Source: Fimicolochytrium jonesii (Eukaryota). Taken from it: a DNA stretch of 64,000 nt. This document shows, piece after piece, positions 37,483-49,390 of the stretch. The translations under genes were made by a program, and so were the position numbers. Every line of letters begins with the position of its first letter. The first letter of the stretch is position 1. The stretch is from assembly GCF_025526975.1 (NCBI RefSeq), contig NW_026515682.1, positions 310,001 to 374,000 of the forward strand. The letters run 5' to 3'. Below the pieces are notes generated by a model. That model saw only the letters and a program-made list of their open reading frames with translations, was not told the origin of the DNA and did not search any database.

Positions 37483-39313
37483 ATGCCAGCCCTCACCCGT
37501 GTGCTCCTCGCCCTGACGCTGGCGCTCACAGTCATCACCGCGCAAGCCCAAGCGGAAGTCCAACCATCATCAACACGCGACCTGCAGATCGGAAATGACG
37601 CAGAACCACATGTACATGAACTCCACATCCCCTATGAACTCATCATCGACGTCCCCGTCGCGCATGCTGGGAATCATCGCCGAGCCGAAAGCGACGTCAG
37701 TCTGCGCGATGCAGATCTCGCTGATCTGCTCGAAGACACACATATTAAGACGCATGAACCAGCGAAACAGCATTGGCATCGTCGACACGCACGGGACTCC
37801 GCTGCAAGGGAATGGCATGTTGCCATGCATCCGAGGGATCGGAAAGGGAAGGAGAAGGAGAAGGAGAAGGAGAGGGGTGTCAAGAGGCGGGTGCATTCCC
37901 GCACCGCCGCCGTCGCGCACCACCCAAGTGATTTGAAGACTCCGACGCCGACAGCGACACCAAGACCCACACCGACAAACGCGAAACAACCCACCAACTC
38001 AAACGAAAAACAAGACAACAGAAACGCAGAGGAAAATGATTTCCTCCCGCTCCGCCTCCCCCCGCTCCGCATCCCGCTCCCCATCGCCCTCCCGACACTG
38101 TTACCTGGGGTCGTTCCCATACCTCTCCGGCGGGACGACGAAAGCCGGCCCGACGATGATGATGATGGTGAAGCGCGTGGACATATACGCATGCGAGACG
38201 GGAGTAAGGAAGGGTTGTATAGACGGGGGAGGAGGGGTATCCCCGCGGTGCGACAAGACGGGGATGATCACCAGGATTTGAGGTTCTCCATCAGCTTCAC
38301 CGACGACATTTCGAACGATGGCATCAAGCTAGGCGCGACGACTACGATCACAGCAACGGCGACCTCTGCCCATCGGACGCAGTCTCCCGACGATCTCGTT
38401 CGCTCGCACACATTCGCGCCGACACGAACCCGCAGCGGCCTCCCGGCATGGGTGACTGAGCCGCGGGCGCAACTACCTGACGAGCACGGTCGAGGGCGAG
38501 GGCGGGGGCGTGGAAAGGGGAAGGGTGGGAAAGGGGGCAAAGACGACAAGCAGGAGGGTGAAGGGAAGCACGGCAAGGGGAGAGGAAAACATATCGAGGA
38601 AGAGAAGGAGCACGGAGAAGCGAGGCACGAGGACGATGGCGTAACTCCGCCTGGTCTGACCGCCACCACCGCATTCACCACCGACGCATTGTCTACCACC
38701 ATCGTCGGTGATGACCCGCATGCCTCAACCGCACGATTCGCCGCCACTACAATCGACACCCACACCCCACGCCCAACATCCACACCCTGGCTCACCCCTC
38801 AAAATCAAGAACTAAAAGCGGAGATGGACACGACCACCGCGGACGTGGATATCGCACCCCACCAACAACAGCGGACAGGTGTCGTCGCCGCCATCGCATC
38901 GGCAGTCTTGGCGTTTATCATCCTTGTGGCGGGGGTGTTTATGTGGCGTCGGAAGGTAACGGTCCCTGTTTTCAAAACCCTGCCCGCTTTCGATATGGTT
39001 GACTGACCCCCCAACCTTGTCTACATCACAGCACAAAAAACCCTTCCACCGCCTCCCGACAATGTCCCACCTCCCGCCCCCCGCCAACTCGCCCTCCCTC
39101 ACATCACTCACAAGCAAAAAACCAACACTCAAATTTAACGATGAGAAACGGTTGGAGTTGCCTTTTCATTCTACGCCGGCCCTAAATGATGTCATGGGGA
39201 ATGAGTGGTCGCCGATATCACCCATCGAGCCACCAAGGGGGGCCAAGGGAAGGGGGTTGGTTTGGCCTGATGTACAAGTGGGGAGGGGTGAGGTTGCGGG
39301 GCGGCGGACGTGA
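37483..39313 (+). CDS. Unknown type I membrane protein (signal peptide, low-complexity ectodomain, one TM helix)
   Basis: Signal MPALTRVLLALTLALTVITAQAQA; TM GVVAAIASAVLAFIILVAGVFMW followed by RRK; intron 38956-39031 joins a Pro/Ser-rich tail ending at 39313. Confidence 0.7.
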
Positions 39314-39677
39314 ATGTGCCTTTTTTCGGCGTTGATACTTTCCAAAAGTGCGTATTCTTGTATGGCGTACGACGTTTCGTTTGCTTTGTATATTCTCTGT
39401 TTTTCGAGAACCTGTTCCGATGTTCATGTTCACCCCCCCTCGCGGACGTACAATCATATCTTCTCCTTTTCTTTTTGCACTGCATCTAGTGGTGGTAACA
39501 ACCGTGTGTGTGGAGAAACTTTACGGCATCGACCACGAGTGCATGTGGCGTGCGCATCGAGAAAACATCTACGCGAGACACATGCTCAACAGTCTCCATT
39601 TCCACCAAATCTCTAACTACATATATATAATACGCCAGGGAATGCAAGAAACATTCGACGCCTCCCTTTTCAAGCCT

Positions 39678-41570
39678 TCACGGCTTCCCACCCCCAGCAG
39701 CAACAGCCTCACTAATACCCAAAACCCTCGCCAACAAAACCACCGTCGCAACACTCGTAACATCCTCCGCCATCATCTCCCCTCCGACCCCTTGTCCCCC
39801 CACCCCACTCCCCCCTCTATTCCCAACATCAACATCAACAACCCTCCCCGCGGTACTCATCCCCCTCGCCTCCCTTTCCTTCCGTGCACGTTCAGCGCGG
39901 TCGAGGGCGTCCGCGGCATCGATTTCCGCGTGTTTTTTAGCGAGGGTTGTTTGGGTTGTTGTTATTTGGGCGGTGAGGCGGGCGGTGAAGCGGAGGTGGG
40001 CGGATAAGAGCGTTGCGAGGTCGGTGGGGGATGTTGGGAGGTTTGTGAATGCTGCAAATTTGGAAAGAGGAGGGTTATATAAGAGAGAGAGAGGTGGATG
40101 GAGGGGGGTGAGGTGAAGACAACATACCTCGTTCATTCAACGCCTCAACAAGCTCCAACTCACTCAACCCACTCACACCGCCGCGCATCCTCAGTAGCGC
40201 ATCATCCTTAACAACCCAATCCGCCCACGCGTACAACTTCGCCTGAGCATCTACCCTTCTCCACGCCCCCTTCCGCGTCGCAAACTTCACCAACGGCCCA
40301 ATCTGCTCCTTCGTCATCGTCACGAGGGCTCCATGCTCACGGATCAGGGGGAGGAGGGAAAGGAGGTCGGCTTCGGTTACGGTTGTGGTGGTTGGGGAGG
40401 AGGCGATGCGGGACCAGCGGCGGGCGAGCATTTGGAGTTCGCGGTCGTAGGTTGTGGCTGCGTCGGTTGGGGAGGAGGAAAGGGAAGATGTTATGGCGGC
40501 GTTGATGGCGGGGATGACTGCGGGTTTGAGGTGTTCGCGGGATTCAGCTTCCCGGCGGGTGTGGGCGATTTGGATATCGCTGTGCACGAAAACGGTCGGA
40601 AACAGCCTCGGGAACCGCTTCGTAAAGAACGGCAAAAGCGGGGCCATGAACGGCGGCAAAAACAGCAGAGTAGCAGGAATCGCCCTCAGCCAATCGCGTT
40701 TCAAGCGGTACATGTCGCGGATATCTCTACGGTCGGTGAGTTTCGCTCCCCGTTGCGCGATGCTGATGTCGAAGTATTGCGGGACGTAGTGGACTAGAGC
40801 CCAGTAGATGTCGCGCGTGCCGTCCCAGAGGGTTATGTAGGGTTGAATGAAGGTGCGCCGGAGGAAGGGGGTTACTGCGGCGTCGGATTCGAGTTTGCGA
40901 GGGGTGAGTTCGGGGGTTGGTGAAGCGGGTCTGACGGCGGTAGGTTTGGGTGTTGGTGATGACGTCTTCTTCGCTTCCGGCGCAGAGGTTGGAGTGGGAG
41001 TTGGTTTTGGGGCCTCTGCTTCTACCTTTGGCTTTTCCGGCCGCGATGCTGGTTTTGCTTTTGCTGTTGGCGTGGGCGTAGGCGTCGAAGCCGCTGTTGC
41101 CTTTCGTTCAGCCGTCGCCGTCGCCTTTGCAGCTACAATCGGCTCCTGCTCCGTCACCTGTTGTTCCGCATGCGTTTGCGGCAGCGGCTGCAGCTTTTCC
41201 GCAGGCCATGTTGCCGTTCGTTCACCCGATGGTTTCGGCATTTCAGGGATCACCCGCTTGCCAGCGGGTTTGGGGATAGCCGGTTTTGGAATCGATACAG
41301 GCTTTTTCGGAGCCGGTTTTGCAGCGTTTCCCTGTCGTAAAGACGAGTCAGTTTGCGGCACTTCCGGGACTCTGACGGGAAGCGATTCCCTCCTTTGCCC
41401 CATAGTTACGGAATGTCAAATGCCATTGGGCATACCTTCTTGGTCTTCGTCGCGTAGAACGCAACGGTTGCGGGCAGCACCATTCTCCCGCCGCCCAACA
41501 GCAGTGACGGTCGTTGCGACGCTGCCCGCAGGAGCGTTGTCGTCCTCGTTGCTTGCGCTATGCCCGGCAT
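39678..41570 (-). CDS. LETM1/Mdm38-like mitochondrial inner-membrane protein
   Basis: Presequence-like exon from ATG 41570; LWDGTR, RDWLRAIPATLLFLPPF...FP.LFPTVF and DDALL...GGVSGLSELELVEALNERG; two introns. Confidence 0.75.
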
Positions 41571-41959
41571 GTCTATATGTACCAGTCTGTCTACAGTATA
41601 TATACCTGGTCCGTGATGCAGATCAGGCCGAACCAGTTCCAACCTTCACCCTTTTTTCGGAAACATTTCTGCAGACCGAAAAGGCGACATGAGAACACGC
41701 CGGTGTCTCGTCTTCTCTCTCGTCTCCGCTGCTCACATCACATCCCAACCAGCATCCGCCAACTCGCTCCGACATGCAAGTACAGTACATGTGCAGTATT
41801 GCACGCCGCAAAATAGAACCCATACTCATTCCCAGACTTCCTTCCCGCCGGCCGGGGTATGAACCATATATACAAAAACTGGTGGTGCTATGTTACAGTA
41901 TATGTGCACAGAGTCAAAAAAAAACAACCCAACCACCCTAACCCTCCGAGGTTCTTGCA

Positions 41960-42700
41960 TTTTCACCACTTCCATCTCCGAGGGGTGCGTCCGGTGGGAG
42001 GGGTTTTCTTGTACGGAGGGACATGCGGGGGTATACGTGTCGACGAACCTGTGCTCTGTATCCAGGAGGTTCGAAACTGTGATGTGCTTTTCCTCTGTTG
42101 TACGATCCATCGACAGACGGAAACAACGTCTTGGTATTTCGGGGAAATGGAAGCGTGGCGACATGGCCCGTAAGCGTACTCGAAGTGGAATTTTGCAGGG
42201 GTCGGCAATGTTCTTTGTCCTCCTTCTCTGTACTCTGTACTCTGTTGTGTTCCGTCGACAGAGGACAGACTTGACCTACTGTACTGGGTATTCATTCCCG
42301 GAAGCTTGCGACATGACCCGTAAGCGTCCCCGTACAGTGGCGCTGCTTCAGGAGACCCTCCAGATCCCCCGTTGTGGTTCCGTCGACAGGGCCATGTCTG
42401 GAAACATTGGTTGTTCCCGGAAGCGTGCGACATGACACGTAAATATATACAAGTCGCTCCTTCAGGGGAATCCCCGAGCGAGTCCTCCGTTGTATTATCC
42501 GTCGACAGGAAACCACGTCGTGTGAAGTCCTGACCACTCATTTCCGACATACCCGTAGGACGTACAGATCGCCTTCGAAACAGTTCTGCGTCGGGTGAAC
42601 TCCACTACACACGCGACTTGTACCGAGCCCTCCGACCACCACCCACAAAAGTGAAGCTCTTCCATGACCCGTTCGGTCCAGTAGGCTGCTATCTTCACGA
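41960..42700 (-). pseudogene. Degenerate WD40-repeat gene remnant
   Basis: Roughly 120-150-bp periodic recurrence of gacatg(a/g)cccgtaag and cgtcgacag. The minus strand gives broken ...SVDGT... and C.GTLTGHV motifs in shifting frames. Confidence 0.5.
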
Positions 42701-43572
42701 GGCACCCCTTTGTCGCAGCTACCAGCTATCGCCCGAGTGTTTTGCGCCCGTCATGGTAGCCTTCCGTGCCGGGTCCCCTAGCGGCCAGCCTCCATGCAAC
42801 TCATCTTTCTCACGTCGGGAGAACTGTAGGCAGGCCGCCAGAATGCAGAAACCTGAACCCCCGCATTCGCAGGAGACATCATCGACGCTTCCTCCGCGCA
42901 GTGGTATCTGTAGTTGTATGATGCGAACGTCATGTTGGACATCGTCGACGTTCGCTGCTCCGTGATTGTCTGAGCGAGGGTTCGAGGCCTTCCCGCCGCT
43001 GAAGAAGCTTCTGCATCCCCCTAGCCGTAATTGGATTGCACCACGAATCCCCGTCAGTTGCGGGGACGCGCGCGTGAAAAACCTGCCGATCTAGCTTGAA
43101 CCCAAAGCGGAAAAGCCATGTGACCTCTCCCTGACAGCCCATCGTCCTCCCCTTCCAGCTGTTCTTTTCTCTTCCTGATCCAGCGAGCATGGCCTAGGTG
43201 TCTGTCGATCCCTCCGCGATGCTGGGCAAAGTGGAGAAACAGGGCGGTTTCAACCGTTTCGTGACGAACTCGTTTGAACTTTTGCGCAGCTCAATTTCTC
43301 AAGTCCGACATTTTCTCAATCGCACCAGCCTAACCACATCCATCCAGAGAACGAAACAAAACAAAGACAAGACAGTATGTTTGCGCACTGCAAAAAAGTA
43401 TTCATTCTCACTCAAAACTTCCTTTCCCGCCAGGGTGAATTTTATATACAAAGGTGGGGGAACAAACCGTCCGTGTATGTATGTGCAAGGTTGTGGGTGG
43501 TGTAGGATGTTCACAAAAAATGTACATAGAAAGAAAACTACATTCCCCAATCCGTCTCAGTGGGGTCTAAAT

Positions 43573-44502
43573 CTACAGGCCTAGGACGCCGTTGATAGCT
43601 TTGACGGCCTTCTGCTGCGTTTGAGCGGCGGTCTCGGCTACTTTCGTCGCTTCGGTTTTAGCAGCGCCGCCTGCTTCGGGTGCAGCGACGACGGGGGTGG
43701 CGGTTGCTTCGGCGGCTGCGGTGGTGGACGCTGCTGCGGTGGCTTCAGCGGCGGCTGTAGTTGCTGCTGCGGTCGCGGTGTTTTGGTTTTTGTTCTGGTT
43801 GTTCTTGTTCTTGTTCGCTTGGCCGCGACCCTTTCCTTTGTTGGCGTTGGCTTTGGCTTTACCGGCAGCCTTTTTCTGGTTCAGTTTGGCGCGACCGTTT
43901 CCTTTGCCCTTGTTTCCGTTCGCCGCCTTGTTTTGGTTTCCCTTGTTGTTGTTCTCGTTCTTGCCATTGTTGACGTTCTGGTTTCCCTTGTTCTCGTTGT
44001 TATTCCCTTGGTTGTTCGCGTTCTGGTTACCAGCCGCCGCTTGACCACCACCGACGACGCCCGCGAGGTCGGTGACGAGCTTCTGGAACGCCGTCTGCAC
44101 CGCCGTAAGATCGGCTTGGATCGCCGCGGTGTCGACGTTCGCGTTGGCATTGCCTGCAGCTTGTGTCGCTGTTGCCGTCGCGGTCGCAGCTGCCTCGCCA
44201 GTCGCAGTCGCAGTGGCCGTCGCAGTGGCCGTCGCAGTCGCAGCCTCAACCTTGTTGTTGTTGCCCTCAACCTTGACTTCGCCTTGCTTCTTGTTCTCAA
44301 CCTTGACTTCCGCCTGCTTGTTGTTCTCAACCTTGACTTCCGCGGCCGCCTGCTTCACGCCGGTCGCTGCCTCAACCTGCTTGGCCGCTTCATTGTTGGC
44401 GCGAACGGCAAGCCCGCCGATGGGGAGGAAGGGGGTGGGAGCCGCGAGGACGGCGGCGGAGGAGCAGAGGAGGACGGTGGAGAGGAGGGAAGTGACCTTC
44501 AT
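43573..44502 (-). CDS. Secreted low-complexity Ala/Thr/Asn/Lys-rich protein
   Basis: Signal MKVTSLLSTVLLCSSAAVLA-AP; EVKVEN repeats, ATATAT tracts and an N/K/G-rich block; 309-aa single exon. Confidence 0.8.
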   Translation of the reverse strand: MKVTSLLSTVLLCSSAAVLAAPTPFLPIGGLAVRANNEAAKQVEAATGVKQAAAEVKVENNKQAEVKVENKKQGEVKVEGNNNKVEAATATATATATATATGEAAATATATATQAAGNANANVDTAAIQADLTAVQTAFQKLVTDLAGVVGGGQAAAGNQNANNQGNNNENKGNQNVNNGKNENNNKGNQNKAANGNKGKGNGRAKLNQKKAAGKAKANANKGKGRGQANKNKNNQNKNQNTATAAATTAAAEATAAASTTAAAEATATPVVAAPEAGGAAKTEATKVAETAAQTQQKAVKAINGVLGL

Positions 44503-46480
44503 TTTGAGTGATGTTGGTTGGTGAGAGTGGGTTGTTGTGTTGTATGTGATGTGAAGAGGAAGGTATAAGAGGAGAAGGCGAGCGTAGGGAAGACTTCTTC
44601 TTGATGTGCTTTGAAGGGAAGGGAAGGGAGACGGAATACAGAGCAGCCCTTAAATACGTCCGCCGACTCCGTTTGACTCCGCTCAGCTCCCAACTTTATT
44701 CCCAGCCCTCTCCAAACGGTGATGAAACCTGCGCAATTTCCGTACGCTCAGTTGCTGTGCGTTGAGGGAGATGAGGGCACGGTATCCCATTGTTCCGTGC
44801 TGCTGTTGTTGGGGGTACATTGTGTCTGTCGCTCAAACGGGGAATGCAATTGCGATGTCCCCTAGTAACGACCGTGACTGAGCTCTCTGTCTGCGTGTTG
44901 ATTGCGTTGGGGAAAAAACGAGAGAGATGGGGCGGGATCCCGACCGGAGGGCAATTGACGAACAGGAAACGCGTCAAATGGGGGGAGAGCGGGTCCATCC
45001 CTTCGGACACGCAACGCGTGAAACACAGGGGCGGCGGGGAGAGACCGAGAGAGGGTTGGAAACGCCACGGGGGTTAATGACCGTTGCGCTCCGACAATTC
45101 GACACGGGATCCGGTTTGAGAGCCCGTCCGGTTGCGGTGCCTGGAATCTGGATGGACCGCGGGGATGGTATGACGCTCGCTTATGTGTTGCATGTGCAGA
45201 GCGAGATGCGGTCATGGAACGTTTTGAAAGGGCATGGGGGCACGGCCCATTCTGGGTTTTTAGATTTTTCGCAATTATGAATGAGCTTGGGGGCAAGGTG
45301 GTCGGGGCATGGTTTGTGAGGATTTGCAGAGCCCTTCCGTTACACGTGTGAGACCAAAGAACCTGCGAGACCGCCGCGCAATGCCATCGTTTCGTTTCAA
45401 ACGCTGGTGGACATGAAACGTCGGTGTCTCCGTCCGCAATTCGGCTGATATATCTATAAACCAACGTCAACGACCGAGATCGCAAAGCAACGCATCTCCC
45501 ACGGGATGTAATTGCAATGTCATAATCTGCGAAACTATGGTTCCGTCCCATCTGAGGGATTCGGTTTCAGGTGTTACCGAAGCCCATTCGAGTGCTATGT
45601 ACTGTACGACGAGCGAGCGATCCTGTCCCGTGCGGCAAGGCTTGTTTCCCTCGCTTTGTCTTCTTTCATTCGCGGCGTGCGGCATGCATGTATGAATGGG
45701 TGTATAATGTAGCCAGAGAAGGTGTTGTGGGGTGTTCTATGCGGGAGGGGGAGGGGTGCGGCGTGTTATCCTTCAACCTGTCGGACTTTGCGGGCGCAGG
45801 CGATTTGGTCACGCAAAGAGGGCACTCCATCTCAACCAAGAGGGACTTCATCTCAGCAACAAGGGACTGGCATCGCTCTCAGGAAGACACGACCGCTAAT
45901 CTGCAAAAGAAGGGCTGCGAGCTGATGGCCCCCCCCGCGGGATGGAGATCTTCGGATTCGGCCTACCCTGCCTGGCACGGTTGGCATCCCGACACCAACA
46001 ACAGTCGGTGGGTCATCAGATTTCTCGATTTCGAGGTCAAATGGACTTCGGAGCGAGTTGCCAGAGCCTAAAACTCCTGCCCTTCTGAACTCTAACCAAA
46101 ACTCCACACAAACGTCATCCCAACTCCACCGAAACCTTCGTCGCATCCAAGCCCTTTCATTCAAAGACCCCACGCCATAATAATTAAACCAAACAAAAGA
46201 GAAAAACAGGTTGAAAAAATGAACCTACGAAAAGTGCGAGTTTCTCTAAACTACGGTTGATGCATGGTGGGATGGGTAGGGTGTGAGGTTGGTGTTGGGA
46301 TGCTACGTATGCTTTTCTTCTAGGGTAGGATGCAGGATGTTGGGATATGAGGCGGATGTGCGGGGTTCGGATTGACGGTGGAGTGGGATGATCCGAAATA
46401 AGAAAATCGAAAGGTTTTCTCCACAATTTGTTGGACGTTTTCCACAAGACGGACCCGGACGGGCGAGTAATCGTGTGGAT

Positions 46481-49390
46481 CTAATTCTGCCCCTCGCCGA
46501 ACTTCAAGTAGAAGTTTGTGAGTACGGCGAAAAACAGCACGATGACGAGAACTGTAGGACCGACACGGTCGTCGTAAGGTCCAGCATCTACGCAAAAAGA
46601 AACCCACCCAATAAGCAATCAGCAAAACTTCTGAGCCGAAAAGTTCCCACAACAACCAACAACATACCCCGATTCCTGATCTTCTTGGCCCTCCAGTGGT
46701 ACAGAAACAGGGCGTAGACCATGAACAGCATTGCGACGAGTGTAAAGACCAGGCCGGCGATCTGGCCGACGCGGTCGCCAAAGTTGAGGAGACCGAGGGC
46801 TAGGCCTCCCAGGACTATGCAGACTATTTGGGTGGGAGGGGGACAGGGGCATGTGAGTAGACGGGAGGAGGATAGATCAACATGAACACAGCACAGACAT
46901 CCGAAACTTACAATGCAACCAACTCAAAAACGTCCTCTCATTCGCAAAGAACACCTTGGGCTCAACGCGCACCGGCAACGCAATCCTTTTCGCTTTCCCA
47001 CTCGCGCCCCGTTGCAACGACACCACCCCATTGCCACTACCCCTCGACGAATCACTCGCGTCGTTTTTGAACAGGTTTCCGAACCCGCCCGCCCATGAGA
47101 AGGGTCGTGTTCGGGGTTGGTCGGTGCGTTGTCTGCGTTGTTGTGTTGAGGAGGAGGCGTTGTTACCATTTCTGGAGTTGTTGCCACGGCCGGAGCGGAG
47201 GAGGAGCGGGGACCTTTCGTCAGCGTCTTCTTCGACTTCCTCAACGATGACTTCGACAGAGTCGACGTCAGATTCGTGGCGGAGGCTGCTGGCTTTGCTC
47301 TGGTTCCTGTGATTGGTCCATCCGTTACGGCCGCGCTCGACCGAGCTTTCGCGGGAAGATGAGGCGCCGGCGGACCATTCAAGGGATCGCCATTCCTGCG
47401 GGGCGGGCTTGCGGATGTCCTTGTCCATCTGGGGCAGCCAGAAGGGGAGGAGGGACACCCGGCTTTCGAGGAGGGTGGCGACACCGTGGATAAATTTGGA
47501 GAATTTGGGGACTTCTTCTACCAGGTGGGAGTTGACGAGCTCGTCGACCCATTTGGGGGCTTCCGTGCCGTGCTGAGTTTGGAGCTTGACTTCCAGGATG
47601 GCGTAAGGGAACGCGCACACGTCTTCAGAGGGGAGATAGTCGAATGGCGCGACGGTGCCGGCGTCCGTGCGGCGCCAGTTGTCGCCAGAGCGTGGACGGC
47701 CCTCGTTGTCTTCACGAATGAGCGTCAATTCCGTGTCGAGACTGATCCGCACACGGGCGTCACCAGGGAGCTGGAACGCGGTGCGGTTGTAGAAGGTGCG
47801 AACGACGGGGTGGAGGTGCTTGTTAAGCACGCTTTCCGACACCTCCTGCGCGAGTGTCTCAAGGTGCTCCAGTTCCTTCTCGTCCTTCTGGTTCTTTTTC
47901 CGCATCTTTTCGATCGTCTTGCCGTAATCAAACTCGCCCTTCAGGTACGCGTTCACGTTCTTTTCCTTGATCGGGAAACGGGATTTCACAGATTGCTCGC
48001 CGGTCCAGTCCTCCCGATGCGTTTTGCGCTCGACGAAGATCTCCTGTTGGTCCATGTTGCCGTACCACCGAAGGCGGATCGCTTCGGCGCCCTCGGTTTT
48101 TTCGAGGCGGCCGAGGTACAGGTCGAAGGAGTCGTTGTCAAAGTAGATGGAGGTGATGGCTGGGTCCGGTTCCTTCTTGCCTTTTGCGCTGAATACCAGC
48201 ACCGGGAGGTACTTCAGGATGATGCATTTCACCTCCGTCACGTTGTCTAGTTGGGGGAGAATGGAAGGTCAGCATAAAGAAGTAGAATAATGAACAAAAG
48301 GACATCCCGCCAGCTGAGTCAGGCGACGTCGCTCCACTCGCCAGAACAATCCCAACTCCCAAACTCACCAGGGTGAACCCAGTACTTGGTCGTCCTCCTC
48401 ACAAAGTTCTGCTGCGTCGCCCCCGCATTCGCATTCTCCTGACTTCTCTTCCCACCGGTCCTGATCGTATCAAAAAGCTTCGACAACCTCAGGATCAGGG
48501 TATCGAACCCATCCTTGTAAAACGGTCTCGCATTCATGCGGACCATAAACGTCGGCTTGAGCATATATACGGTGTGCTTGTCGTGTTTCTTGAGGATCTT
48601 GAGGAACCCGGTGTAGTTGATCCGCACGAACTTGGAGAGTTCGGTGACTTCCATCGTAATGCGGCGGATCTCTTCTTCGACGCGGGCAAAACGTTCGGCA
48701 TCGGGCGTGGCGGAGTCGCCTTGGGCGAGGGTGGATTCGACGACGGATTCGCAGTGTTGTACGCGGCGAGTGAGTTCGTCGCCTTTGATGTTGCGGAAGG
48801 CTGTGACCTGTAAGAGTTTGAAACAGGTGGGGTTGGCATCCCTAGCAAATGTAGCTGAAAGCGATGGAAGGTCGGAGCGACGCATGGACGGGTCGCTCCC
48901 GACCGTCAAACGGCCAGATCCATATCCGGCGACGCTCCTCCGAAGCCGTGAGCTTTGAGCATACTTGCGCCTCGCATCGCTCGGCCTACGTCGCAACCTT
49001 TTCGTATCACAACTCCACCTCGATTCGCCCAGCATCGCCCGACTTCCCCCTCCCCCCGTTCCGACACCCAAATTCCCCACCCACCCCTTCCGAAATTCCC
49101 ACCATGCACATCCCCATTCATTCCCCATTTCCATACCTTTTCCAACTCCCTCTCAAGCGTCTCCACAAACGCGGCCTCACGCTGGTCGTTGAACCCTCCA
49201 TTGCCCGTGAGTCCCTGCTTCAGCTGGCGTTTCAGTTCATCGTAATCACTGCGGAATGCACAGTCATTAGCAATGCGCGGTATGTGTACGAATCCTCGAT
49301 GCAATGAGAACAATGGAGAGGGGATACGCACACGTAGTAGAACCTCCACTCGGAGTAGAGGGCGTTGGAGAGCTGGAGACCGAACTTCAT
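46481..49390 (-). CDS. VTC4: Vacuolar polyphosphate polymerase (SPX + VTC + DUF202), multi-exon
   Basis: MKFG..L...[104 protein letters not shown]. Confidence 0.95.

Noticed and set aside
44696..46173. ORFs upstream of the secreted protein
   Set aside because: No coding features recognised; probably regulatory or intergenic.
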